Part shown: one piece after another, positions 49,025-60,761 of the stretch
Position numbering within the stretch: position 1 is the first letter of the stretch
Layout: each line of letters opens with the position of its first letter
Assembly (NCBI GenBank): GCA_001600815.1
Contig: BCKZ01000020.1
Location: 150,831 to 214,830, forward strand
Length of the DNA: 64,000 nt
Reading direction: 5' to 3'
DNA from: Alloascoidea hylecoeti
Taxonomy: Eukaryota
Program-made: the position numbers and the translations under genes
The notes under the pieces: model-generated
The model's database searches: none
Told to the model about the DNA's origin: nothing
Seen by the model: only the letters and a program-made list of their open reading frames with translations

Positions 49025-50809
49025 ATGGCATCGAAGACTTCGGAAATAACCCCAGATGAGGATCTGAATAATGAAAAAAATTTGATACGAAAAATCAGCC
49101 AAAAACAAGCTGAAAATTCTACTGATAGTGTTAATGGTAGTGTAAATTATATGGCTGAACTTGAAGCTGCAGCTTCAGAACAAAATGCGAAAAAGGGAAT
49201 TGTTGATGCAATTAAGGATTATTTTAGGAGAAATATGTATATTGTTATGATTACCATTGGCCTATTCTTCACTGCTTGGTGGCTCTCAATTATCATTCAA
49301 GATGACATGCGCCACAAATGGTTGATTCCAACAATATTGTATATATTTATCATGATCCGATTAATTACTTTATACGTTAGAGCTGGATATGTTTTGGATG
49401 CTGCTAGATGGATTTGGGTTAGAACAGTTCTTAAAATTGTTGATTTTATTCCGGAAAAATGGAGATTATTTGCAGGCGCTTTGGGGTCAATTGGAGTTAT
49501 GTTAGTTGGTTCATTAGTTGATGATGACACTGAATATTCAAAAAGGCATGATCGTATTATTTCACTTGTTGGTATCTTAATATCAATTTTTGTTTTATGG
49601 TTAACAAGTAATAATCGGAAATTAATTAATTGGCATACCGTTATTGTAGGTCAATTAATGCAATTCATTATTGCTTTGTTCGTCTTAAGAACCAAAGCTG
49701 GTTATGATATTTTCAATTTCATTTCCTCATTAGCTAGACATTTACTTGGTTTTGCTAAGGAAGGTACTGCTTTTATTACCAGTACTGAAACTGCAAATAT
49801 TGGAATGTTTTTCTTCACAGTTTTACCAGCCATTCTATTCTTTATTGCATTTGTATTCATCTGGACTTATTTTGGATGGGTTCAATGGTTTGTTCTCAAG
49901 TTTGCTAGTTTCTTTTTCTGGAGTATGAGAGTTAGTGGTGCTGAAGCTGTTGTCGCTGCTGCCTCTCCTTTTATTGGACAAGGAGAATCTGCGGTTCTTA
50001 TTAAGAATTTCTTACCATTCTTAACAAGAGCCGAAATTCATCAGGTTATGTGCTCAGGTTTTGCTACAATTTCTGGTTCAACTTTAGTTGCATATATCGG
50101 TATGGGTATCAATCCACAAGCTTTAGTCTCAGCCTGTGTAATGTCTATTCCATGTTCATTAGCCGTTTCAAAGCTTCGATACCCTGAAGATAGCAAACCA
50201 TTAACTGAAGGTAAAGTTACAATACCAAGAGAAGAAGAAGAAGAAAATGAAGCAACAAAAACAAGAAATGTTTTACATGCCTTCTGTAAAGGTGCTTCAT
50301 TGGGTATTAATGTTGCTTTACTTGTTATGGCAAATCAATTATGCATTATTGCACTTGTTGCATTCATTAATTCTCTACTTACATGGTTTGGAGGGTTCTG
50401 GCACATTCATGAATTGACTTTACAATTAATTTTTGGTTATATCTTATATCCTGTTGCATTTTTGATGGGTACACCAAGAAATGAATTATTGCTGGTTTCT
50501 CGTTTATTAGCACAAAAGATCATTCAAAATGAATTTGTTGCTTTTATCAATTTAACCACACATGAACCATGGGTAAGTATGTCAAAACGTTCGACAATGA
50601 TTGCTACCTATGCTTTGGCTGGGTTTTCAAATCTTGGTTCGGTAGGCACACAAATTGGTGTTTTAAGTCAACTGGCTCCCAGCAGAGGTGGTGATATTGC
50701 AGACCTAGTTATTAGTGCTCTTATTACAGGGGGGTTGGCCACATTTATGAGTGCTGCTATTGCTGGTATGGTTTTACTAGATCTTAAAGACTTTTCTGTT
50801 ACTTCCTGA
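49025..50809 (+). CDS. CNT: Concentrative nucleoside transporter (CNT/SLC28)
   Basis: 594 aa. INWHTVIVG...QF, SGAEAVVAAASPFIGQGES, SGFATISGS, NEFVAF and GFSNLGSVGTQIG motifs. Confidence 0.93.
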   Translation: MASKTSEITPDEDLNNEKNLIRKISQKQAENSTDSVNGSVNYMAELEAAASEQNAKKGIVDAIKDYFRRNMYIVMITIGLFFTAWWLSIIIQDDMRHKWLIPTILYIFIMIRLITLYVRAGYVLDAARWIWVRTVLKIVDFIPEKWRLFAGALGSIGVMLVGSLVDDDTEYSKRHDRIISLVGILISIFVLWLTSNNRKLINWHTVIVGQLMQFIIALFVLRTKAGYDIFNFISSLARHLLGFAKEGTAFITSTETANIGMFFFTVLPAILFFIAFVFIWTYFGWVQWFVLKFASFFFWSMRVSGAEAVVAAASPFIGQGESAVLIKNFLPFLTRAEIHQVMCSGFATISGSTLVAYIGMGINPQALVSACVMSIPCSLAVSKLRYPEDSKPLTEGKVTIPREEEEENEATKTRNVLHAFCKGASLGINVALLVMANQLCIIALVAFINSLLTWFGGFWHIHELTLQLIFGYILYPVAFLMGTPRNELLLVSRLLAQKIIQNEFVAFINLTTHEPWVSMSKRSTMIATYALAGFSNLGSVGTQIGVLSQLAPSRGGDIADLVISALITGGLATFMSAAIAGMVLLDLKDFSVTS

Positions 50810-51167
50810 TTAAGTATATTATATATTTATTATGTTTTGTTTTTGTGATGAATCTATAACCTTTATATAGTTAGTTTCGTAATTTAATATTCTGTTAATT
50901 GGAAAGAAAATGATAATAAATAAAAAAGAAGTAACTAGCCGATCATAATGAGAAAGTGTGTTAGATAGAAAGTATGCAGATTCTTATAATATTGAAGCAT
51001 TAGTTCTGGCCACATCTTATAAGGTTGGACTAAATCTCTTTTCCAATTCAAATAAGTGATTTATCCTTGAAATAACTTATAAATTTGATGTAAAATACAG
51101 CTGTCTTAGAGCTCTAAAACGTTGAAAATAAATCATGAATATCATTAAAGTATATTCATTATTTATG

Positions 51168-51982
51168 TCATATCAATTCAACTTGACCTTCAGAGATATA
51201 TTGCCTGATTGCACTATATCTCATACAATAAATACTTCCTTCCTCTAATTCAACATCCTCTTTTCCTACGGTTAATATCCTAGGTATTGTTTTAATAACT
51301 CTTATAAAGACAGCTTTATCAAGATCAGGAACCTCAATTGAGACTGGTATAGCTGGATCTGTTACAGTTTGAAGTTCAGATGGTAAATTTGAGAGAAATT
51401 GAGAAGAGTATAGTTCATGTAATATTTCGAGGTGTCTAGAATGAATCAGTTAGTTAATTATTCCTTATTGATAGAATAGAATAAATAAAAAATCTTACTT
51501 GTTCATGTAATCCACTTCTCCACTTGATAATTTTGCATATTGAGACGCGGAACCTTTAATAAACATGGCACATTTATCAATCTAAATCTGAAAGTCAGTA
51601 AAAAGTAATAACTATTGCACATGAAAAAAAATCTTTATACTTTTGCTAGTCTCATCCTTAAATATCCTCTGATCAAATAATTTATTCTATCAACTTCGCT
51701 CTCAACAATCATTAAATGTAATTTTATATCCTTCTCTGTAACAACATCCATATCCATTGAATTGATTTCAATATATTCAATTTGATCACGTAACCTTTCG
51801 AATATTCTATCCAATAAATCCTCTTCGTATTGTAGTATTTCAGGAGCCATTCTTTCAGATATCCATGATTTAACAAGCCTTTTTATATCTTGCTGTGATT
51901 GAATTGTATTTGATTTATTTAGACCTGTTTTAGAAGCTTCAAGATCAAATTCTTGGAAAATATCCTCAACCTCCATATCCAT
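51168..51982 (-). CDS. SLD5: GINS complex subunit Sld5; complement join(51641..51982,51499..51581,51168..51435)
   Basis: WISERMAPEILQY, EVDRINYLIRGYLRMRLAK|IDK, PDLDKAVFIRV and MRYSAI...GQVELI. 230 aa after splicing. Confidence 0.92.
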
Positions 51983-53440
51983 TTTATTATCCAGTTGTAT
52001 ATGATGTTGGTGATTTAATCAATGCGATTGGAAGGGAAGTGTATGGTAAGATCTGAGCTTATTATTATTTTTGGTTGGTAATACAAATCCGGGTAAAGCT
52101 AGCTTCACTATATTGTATAATCTTGCAACACAAAGCTATTGCTGTCATGTATGTGCATATCTGAACCATCTCAAAGATTTCAAACATCAAAGATTAATCA
52201 GCGAGGTAAATGAAATTATTAGCAATTCAATAGTAGTTTTAGAATTTTAAAATAATGTATCCATCGAAGGTGGTCCGGTACAAACACAAATTTAAACACA
52301 ATCACAATTGCGAACTATTAATACTGTAGATCTACCCTTTTTAAAGCATAGTTTTTAATTTAAAGCAAATCCATACCGGTATATGGTAAATATATTTACA
52401 TTTGAATATTTGTAGTAATCCAAGCTGAAAAAATTAGAACTCCGTTTGTTTTTCGAAATTTCTATTCAATTTGACACGCTATACCATATATCGGTATATA
52501 TAATAGCTAATATGCATATCGATTATGATCTGTAGTACATAAACCTCATAATTACATGATCAGTTTGATTTTATATCTGGTTTCTAGAAGCTCAATAATT
52601 TATTTAAAAAGTAAATATTATGTTAAGAATTCAAATTGATAATTTTACTTTATTTTAAAGAAACTTTAACATGGTAAAAATTAATCTAGAAATAATCTAA
52701 TAACCTCTTCTTTTGATAATCTAGTTTGTATCAATGACTAGACCATAAGCGGTTCTCATCTATGGATCTATTCTATTGTGACCTGCTTACCATCTTCCAT
52801 GCCTTCTGTGAGACGTTCTGGCCAGCTAGTGCCTTGAGAGAAAATGTCTACTGCTCTTTCACCATGTTACTATTCGTGCTGCTAATAATTGACTAATTAT
52901 GTTGCGGACATTTATAGCTAATACACTGACTGTATTCAATCATAGATGGTGATAAATAAGATTATGTTACCGAGCTATTGACTAGACGTCCTCAATTATA
53001 TTTCATGTCTTTGATTATATAAACATAATACTAATTATAAGCTATTTTTTGACCCCGAATAATATATGGACTCAGAATCTGTTGACCATGGATTAAATTA
53101 AATATTAAGATATCCATCCCAATTCTTGAAAAAACTCAAATAAGCTAATATAATTAAAAAAAACAAAATAATCGTGATTGAAATATTAATTGATATTGAT
53201 CATGATACAAAATAAAGTTTTAAAGTGAAGAAATACATTGATATTAATATGGCAAACGATTGCAAGTACCTATCGATTGAGTCGGTTGCATTTTATAGAT
53301 AGAATCCATCATATCGATATATGCAAAATTTTTCATGTACAAAAGTAAATATATGTTAGTAAATGGTATATTGTAATAATAATAATAATGAAAAGCAAAT
53401 GAACCAAATATGAGTTGATAGGAATAGTAAGAAAAGATTA

Positions 53441-54757
53441 TTAATCAAAATCTCTATTATAATAAGATAATAGTTTTATGTTTTCTAGATCTATAACCTT
53501 CTCTTTTGCCCTTCCTTTCCCTTTAGGTTTGGGTTTTGGCTTTAAATTTAGATTTTCAACATCAGCTTCATTCTTTATGTTCCCATCATCATCAAGTTCA
53601 ACTTCTAGATCATTAACTTTATCTTTAACTTGATCCTTGGTTCTAAATTTCATACATTTTGTAATCCTATTCCATCTTTCACGCCAATCGGCTGTAATAA
53701 TATTATACAATTTATCTTCTTCTTCGGTTGTCCAATCTTTATTACGATCGCGTAAATGTCGTAAGTATCTCATTTGAATTGCTTGTGGTGTATGATTTGG
53801 CAAATAGGCAGTCATTGCTCTATAAGTAAGTTGCTTATTTTCTTTTAATTCAACAAGTAATAAATCTTCTTGAGATGTCCAAGGGGCAGATACACGGTAT
53901 AGCGAAGGATTTGAAACTGAAGCGGATTTTTTCTTCTTATTTGTACCTGTTGAATTTTTTCTCGTACGCTTATTTTGACCAGCTTTGATATTATGAGATG
54001 TTATTTTTATTTTGGGGATCTTTGACGTTTTTGGTAATAGAGGACTTGATGATTTTCGTTTTGCTGGAGTTGAGCGACGAGAATGTTTAGGGGATGGAAG
54101 ATACTCATCTTCATCTTCATCTTCGTAGACTTCTATAAGTTCTGGATCTTCTAAGTCTTCCAACTTTTCTTCTTCTTTATTTACTTCCTTATTTTTTTTA
54201 TATTTTTTTTTATTCTCCTCTTCATCATCTTCATCATCTTCATCATCTTCATCATCATCGTCATCTTCGTCATCCTTCACCTTATCTTTATCATTATTTT
54301 TCTCACCATCACCATCATCACCATCATCATCATCGTCATCATCAGCATTGCTGTTATTAATTGAATCATCATCGTCATAATTTTCAGATATCATATCTCC
54401 TTCAGATACCATTTCTTCTTCGGATTCCTGATTTTCTTCTTGATGTTGTTGCTTCTCTTGATCATTATCCTGGTCGTGTTCATCATTCGATTTATTGAAC
54501 TCTTCAAACCTGACGCGTGGAACCTCAGCATCAATCGAGCACTCCGATTCCTCGTTCTTGTGAGTGTAATCATCTGTAGTTGTGTTATCCTCGTCATCAT
54601 CATCACCACAATAAATTAACGTGTCCCAGATATATGCGGAAGAATGGTCAGCAAAGTATCTCGGCACGGAATTGGGGTCATGTGTCTGTTCAGATGGATC
54701 CTCGAGAGACACCCAATTGGCAGAAGAGGATCCATCAGGTTTTGCAATGAATAACAT
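53441..54757 (-). CDS. Myb/SANT-domain protein with a long acidic tract
   Basis: 438 aa. Asp/Glu-rich middle, basic NLS-like stretches and two Myb-like repeats (WTSQEDLLL...AIQMRY; WTTEEEDKL...RWNRI). Confidence 0.8.
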   Translation of the reverse strand: MLFIAKPDGSSSANWVSLEDPSEQTHDPNSVPRYFADHSSAYIWDTLIYCGDDDDEDNTTTDDYTHKNEESECSIDAEVPRVRFEEFNKSNDEHDQDNDQEKQQHQEENQESEEEMVSEGDMISENYDDDDSINNSNADDDDDDDGDDGDGEKNNDKDKVKDDEDDDDDEDDEDDEDDEEENKKKYKKNKEVNKEEEKLEDLEDPELIEVYEDEDEDEYLPSPKHSRRSTPAKRKSSSPLLPKTSKIPKIKITSHNIKAGQNKRTRKNSTGTNKKKKSASVSNPSLYRVSAPWTSQEDLLLVELKENKQLTYRAMTAYLPNHTPQAIQMRYLRHLRDRNKDWTTEEEDKLYNIITADWRERWNRITKCMKFRTKDQVKDKVNDLEVELDDDGNIKNEADVENLNLKPKPKPKGKGRAKEKVIDLENIKLLSYYNRDFD

Positions 54758-54882
54758 GAGGGGAAATAAGTTGAGAAGTGTTGCAAAGGGGATGTAATGA
54801 CGACAACTTAACCCATGTAATGTTTTTTCTATTCACAACGGAATTCCGTCCGGGTAAACTGGCCGCAACTCACCAACAGTGG

Positions 54883-54979
54883 CACGTGACGAAGAAGTCC
54901 GATATATTATCAGATCATATCCAAATGCAGCCAATCACAGCACACAGTCGTTTACTCGTTTAATACCGTCTTTATAAAA
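54883..54979 (+). promoter_or_regulatory. ERG2 promoter elements: E-box CACGTGAC, CCAAT, two TCGTTTA sterol-response-like sites, TATA
   Basis: CACGTGAC at 54883, CCAAT at 54931, TCGTTTA at 54948 and 54956, and TATAAAA at 54973, within the 270 bp divergent intergenic region. Confidence 0.5.
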
Positions 54980-55027
54980 GCATCGGGTTTCGTCTTCTTT
55001 CGTCTTCAAATTTTCAAATACTTTACG

Positions 55028-55699
55028 ATGTTGGCTATTTTCACAGGTACTCCCTTGAAGGGCTGGGTTGGTCTTTTCTCATTTTTGTTCGCTCTTTCTG
55101 TTGTTCTTTTTAAAGAATTCTTACCTCGTCATTATATCTTTGATCCTTTGGAACTACAGGAAATTTCAAAAACCGCGATTGAGAATAATAAAAATGACAC
55201 TTTAGGAATATTTCAAGAAATCACATCTAGTCTGAAATCCAAATATGGTACATTTATAAATGATTACAATGAGGAAGATTGGGTGTTTAATAATGCTGGT
55301 GGTGCAATGGGATCTATGATTGTTTTACATTGTTCTGTTTCTGAATATTTGATTATCTTTGGTACCGCTGTTGGAACTGAAGGTCATACTGGTGTTCATT
55401 TCGCTGATGATTATTTCACCATATTACAAGGCAAACAAATTGCTCAATTACCTGGAAAATTACATCCTGAAGTTTATTATCCAGGTGAGCAACATCATTT
55501 AAAGGCTGGTTATGCCAAGCATTACGCTATGCCTGGTGAGTCTTGGGCTCTTGAGTTAGCCCAAGGCTGGATTCCTGCAATGTTACCTTTTGGATTTCTG
55601 GATAGTTTTAGTAGTACTATGGACTTTTATAGTTTAGGTAAAACGGTTTATATTAGTGGTGTTAATATGTTTAGGAATCTGATTAGAGGAAAGTTTTAA
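55028..55699 (+). CDS. ERG2: C-8 sterol isomerase
   Basis: 223 aa. WVFNNAGGAMGSMIVLHCSVSEYLIIFGTAVGTEGHTGVHFADDYFTIL and WALELAQGWIPAMLPFGF. Confidence 0.97.
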   Translation: MLAIFTGTPLKGWVGLFSFLFALSVVLFKEFLPRHYIFDPLELQEISKTAIENNKNDTLGIFQEITSSLKSKYGTFINDYNEEDWVFNNAGGAMGSMIVLHCSVSEYLIIFGTAVGTEGHTGVHFADDYFTILQGKQIAQLPGKLHPEVYYPGEQHHLKAGYAKHYAMPGESWALELAQGWIPAMLPFGFLDSFSSTMDFYSLGKTVYISGVNMFRNLIRGKF

Positions 55700-56249
55700 T
55701 TTAATAATGTCATACGCGCTTTGTATTTTTTTCATGTAAATATTTTGATCTATTATAATTAACCTTGGCTTTTCATGCATCAATATTTAATTTTTATACA
55801 TTAACAATACGGTATATTGAATACATATATAATTTTATATGACCCCAGATTTACCTATGCCGTTTATCGTTTATCGTTCGCTTATCGTTTATTTTTTTCA
55901 TATTTTTTCGTCCTTCCTACCTCGCCAGTTTTTGCGAGTCACAAGTTGGAAAGCTCCGATATTTATCTCCGTAGATCGCTTCAAGTATGTCGTGAGTGTA
56001 GAATTCGGTCGCTTATATAATGGGCTTTTTTGTTCCCATATAACACAGGTTGATATAACAAAAAATTGAAGTCTCAGACACCTTATTTGTTTATCACTAC
56101 TCTGGATGGTATTAACTATTCTTTTTTTAGAAGGTTGTTTCTCATTCTTTTTATTGCCATTTTGTTATTAATTTTATTTCGCGATATTGATTATAAATAA
56201 ATTGTTTTTGCTTTGCAGACAAAAATATTTTTACTTTTACACACTGTAT

Positions 56250-58222
56250 TATACTGAATTAATTAATACACTACAGTTTCATTCAAATTTTAGAGACTTT
56301 TGTATAATAATGACATATACTCTTTGTTTCAGTGAGCTCAAAAAGTGATAAAATTTCAGATCCAACTTTAAACTATAATTTTCAATTTTCTTAAGATCTT
56401 TTTCAAAACATCATGTCCAAAGTCAATGACTTTCAAAGATTCTGTGACTCTCAGATTCTCACCTCTTCATTGTGAAATGTGAGGGAGTCAAGTGAAATTA
56501 AATCTTGCACCCCTTTTGGAATTCCTAGCGAAACTTCATAAAACATATCTCTATAAACATGTACATCTTTCACAAAAGTAGAAGATTCAAGATTATTTGA
56601 ATATATTACTTGTTCCAATTTGAACTTTCCTAACAATTCACCAGTAGTTATTTTATAGATCATATATTCATTAAAGTTAAGCGGATTATCTAGATCTGTC
56701 GCAAATACAATTATATCCTCTTTAATATTGAAGGAGTGTAGAGGAGTACCTCATATCCTTAGACTGTAGAGATATTGAATAAAAACAAACCAACTTGGGT
56801 ACAGATGAGTATAAATCCCAAATACTCATTGTTTTGTCAAAAGTACCATTATTGGATAATTTGAAAAGCTTTCCATTATATATTTTGAGAACCAGTGCCT
56901 TAATTGGAATATATTCATCATTCTTATCATACGTGGTAGACAAGACTGAAGTTAATTGTTGACTCGCTTTTTGGAAGACTTTGTATGGATCCGTGTTAAG
57001 ATGCATACAAAAGTTTTTCAATCCATTATCATCAACACAACTGTAAGTTGGTTTATAATTATAATCAAGGGGAAGAGATCGAGATACAGCTAATCTCAGA
57101 ATCTCCACTGGAGTTGATGCCTTTATTTTAGTTTCATGACAATTCTTTTATAGCCATAGTAAAGGGTTAAATCATCAGTGATTCCTAGGGTAACTTCAGG
57201 AAAAATGACGGTCATTACCTAGGAATATATTTGGTGTTTCTTCATCGTAATCATCGCGTTTTTCAATTCTAACATCTTTCATCTTCATAGTCTAATTATA
57301 TATAGCGGATATTAAGTCTCATAGGGATGTGGTAATTTTTGTTGTTGGCAGATATAAAATATCATATTTATTCCTATACAACAATGCATATTCCGATTTC
57401 TTAGATAGCCTGCTCATTCCGTAGAGCTCCAACCTTCTAATCCTATTCATAGGTCGATGTGTACACTCTTTGATAACCGCCAATCTCCTTCTTAAAATAT
57501 CATTCAAATTCAAAGTTTTTTGTCTTGAAGTTAATCTATAAGGTGTTGCGGGCATATACATGTATACTGAATGTATCCTTCATTAAGTATCCTCACAAAT
57601 TTAAAACCGACTCGTTCAAAATTCTTATTGGAATGGTACAAAGTTATTATTTGAGTATTTGATAGGGCAAATTTTTAATCCTCTATAGTTTTCTTGGCTT
57701 GATATTAAAGATAATGAGGTTGAGGAAACCTTACCCTGAAGCTTATGATCTTAATAGTTATCAAACACTTTAGTGGTAGAAAAAGACTGAATTTCTCGGG
57801 TTTCTATAAATTCTTGCATACTCTTATTGACGATTCCACCATATTCAAAAAATAATATATAACCTAAATCATTCTCAATGAGATATTTTGAGGAGGAATC
57901 GTGTGACTAGGTGCACGTATACTTGAATCGATCCTAAGCCTTTCTCTTTCAATCACTGTTGCTAGCAAGAGTAAGTATCTTTTACGATCTGATGGACTTA
58001 AAAATGATTTCCAAAGGTGATGACATCCATAACTCCAACCTCGAGAGACTCGAGTAATGGTAAGAAGTTTTCAGATAACGAATTATTAACAATATATTTC
58101 TTGACTCTAAAGCATTAGATCCTTCTTGTCGATTGCTCGTATCGTCTACTGGTTATGATGATTCTAATTATGTGATAAGTGCTATTGTCTTCTAATTTAA
58201 TGAAGTAAAAATATAAAGTTTT
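56250..58222 (-). pseudogene. Decayed gene of unknown family, copy B (paralog at 13030-15020)
   Basis: ORF fragments 57319-57561, 56722-57108 and 56451-56663 match copy A (LNDILRRRLAVI, LSKKSEYA..YRNKYDIL, KIYNGKLF, MSIWDLYSSVPKLV, DMFYEVSLGI). The start codon is changed to ACG at 58140, and there are stops and frameshifts. Confidence 0.85.
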
Positions 58223-58850
58223 TATATACTGCTGTTATAATATAAAGATTATTTTGTAAGTATACTTGAACAAAGTCTAATTGATACTATTGCGAACTAA
58301 CCACATATATATTATTAATGAAATAGTTCCTAAAAACAACGATGATGGCAACAGGCATTAGCTAGTGCTAGTTCTCAGTATCAATAGAACAAAAACACAA
58401 AAGCGTATCATAAATCTATGTCATAAAAACGTCGACGTCTTATACATGAAAAAAATATATGACAAGAACTTTGACCTTAACTTCAGTCTTGACTTAGCTA
58501 TAGCTACTAACGATCGCTAAAGGTTTGTTGCTCTAGTTATTGTGAGATTAATTTTTAGTTCCCAAAATAAAGTCAACCAATACCATCCATTGCAACTCGG
58601 ACTTTTCTGGAATTAGTTTGAAGGTATATATCTACCAAACCATGAATGGTTGTAGTCAATTCCCATTGATGTAGCCAGTTTCTGATTTCAAATTATTACC
58701 ATTAATATATTGTGTATTATCGTCAATGATAAATTATAGCATATAGTTAGCTATGCTGATAGACTTTAGCCTAACTCTGTGTATAGCGATCGCATTTTTG
58801 CTTTTTCAAAGTTCAATTGCAATTGTATTCTATTACACCTCATTGATTTT

Positions 58851-59936
58851 TTATGTTTTTTGTGTTAAAATTGAAAAATGTTCGCAATATTTTTCACTTG
58901 TGCGCGGAGTTACTGCTGGAACTTTTAATTTATTCCAAATTAAACTTGATAAACTTCTTATGGAATCTTTTTTGCTTTTTTGTCCAAATACAAATACCTC
59001 AATGTATTGTCTAAAAATGATATTTCCAAATGTTTCACAGCAACTACAAGTTGATAAAGATCTTAAGCAAGCCTTCATTTTTTCATCCACATATTCATTA
59101 AGTGTACTCTCTAATGATGAGCTTTGAACCAATTTATTTAAGGAAACATAAACTATGATCAAACTATCAATTGAATTTGAATTAAGTAAAGTTTCAAATT
59201 CCATATCGATTAATTGAGTTGTTTCTTCACAATCTATACTTAATAGATGATCAAAAAATTTAAACAATATGGACTTGGTACCAGTTTGTAATTGAGATCC
59301 CAACATTGGTATCAAGATCGAAAACAACATCTTCTTCGTTGTGACAGTTAAGAATCTACCACGACAAGCAACGGCAGAAATAAGTTTGAGATATTGATCT
59401 TCTTTTCGAAATCTAATAGCTGGATGTTCTGTTATTGTCTCATCTCTTAGCTGCTTTAATGCAATCGCCGAAAAGATGGCAATATCTTCAAAACGATTCT
59501 CATGTGTTTGGTCAACCGAATTTTTTATCAGATTTTCATAAAATTCAAACATACTCATGTCGGTTTCTATGAAACAGTTTATGACCTTCGGATAGTTACT
59601 AATCATGTAATTATACAAGTATTCTTTAATATTTGTTGGATTATACATGATCAAAAGAGTGATGAATCTTACAACTATGGGATGACATAATTGTTCAGGG
59701 GGATGAGAAAAGATGAATCTGATTATTTTTTCATACTCTCCACATGAAGTATCAATATCTGTAAAGAACTTCACAAACTCAGCTGTAGAAGATTGAATAT
59801 TAGCATCCGCGATACTTTGATGCTGAAGTAATTTAATAATTTCAGATACGTCTACGATCATTTGAAGGAGAAATAGATAACGAAGGAGAAGTGGGGGGAA
59901 AGTGTCTGCAGCTCCGTGCATATTTCTCTTCATCAA
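58851..59936 (-). CDS. Hypothetical protein, helical-looking orphan (true start uncertain)
   Basis: 361 uninterrupted codons in AT-rich DNA, far longer than chance. No recognised motif. Confidence 0.55.
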   Translation of the reverse strand: MMKRNMHGAADTFPPLLLRYLFLLQMIVDVSEIIKLLQHQSIADANIQSSTAEFVKFFTDIDTSCGEYEKIIRFIFSHPPEQLCHPIVVRFITLLIMYNPTNIKEYLYNYMISNYPKVINCFIETDMSMFEFYENLIKNSVDQTHENRFEDIAIFSAIALKQLRDETITEHPAIRFRKEDQYLKLISAVACRGRFLTVTTKKMLFSILIPMLGSQLQTGTKSILFKFFDHLLSIDCEETTQLIDMEFETLLNSNSIDSLIIVYVSLNKLVQSSSLESTLNEYVDEKMKACLRSLSTCSCCETFGNIIFRQYIEVFVFGQKSKKDSIRSLSSLIWNKLKVPAVTPRTSEKYCEHFSILTQKT

Positions 59937-60761
59937 GCTTATAAATCAATCACAAAATTGTTAATTCATAACCATTCCCCATGACAATGCCAATAGTTTG
60001 TGTAGATAATGAAGATTCCTATCCGTTAACTTTTGTATTATTAATACAAAATCTAGATAACTATTAGGAGTTGGGCAACTGTAAGCTTGTGCTTTTATAA
60101 TACTATTCAGCTATAACTTGTGCCATTATATTAGTGTATTGTAATTGACTTAGATCGATATCATTTATTGTATGGATGAAATACTATCTTACATATAACG
60201 TTTTCTTTTGTCCGTATTTGAAACTAAATGAAGTAAATATTCTTAATATATAACTTGGATTTTATAATTAAACAATTACATAAATCAAAATAAAAAATAA
60301 GTCAGGAGTAAGAACCCAAGGCCTTCTGTAGGAATATGATAATTTTGGAGAACAATAGGCTACAAGCTTCTAAGTCTAACTATAATGTATGAAGAGGGGT
60401 TGTTCATGAGTTTATATGATCTAATATAATTATAAGATCTCATAATTATGCTAAACTTGAGTAGATATAATAATACAAAAGAGTTTGATTATATATCACT
60501 ACTTTGTTAAACATTCCACTTTTATGTCTGACCATTTTTCTTTCATTAAATTCCTTAATATCAAACTGTAGGAGCTGTTCATCATAACTAATATAATATT
60601 TATGATACTGGAAGGTTGAAGGAGCCAAGATGTCGAGTAATAATTACTGCGTAAATATAATCATGGTTAAGTATATTTGGTACTTAAGATACCACCATCT
60701 TTGGCATCTTCATCACTTTACTTTCAATAAGTCTTTTAATTTCTTTGTAAAAAATCACACA

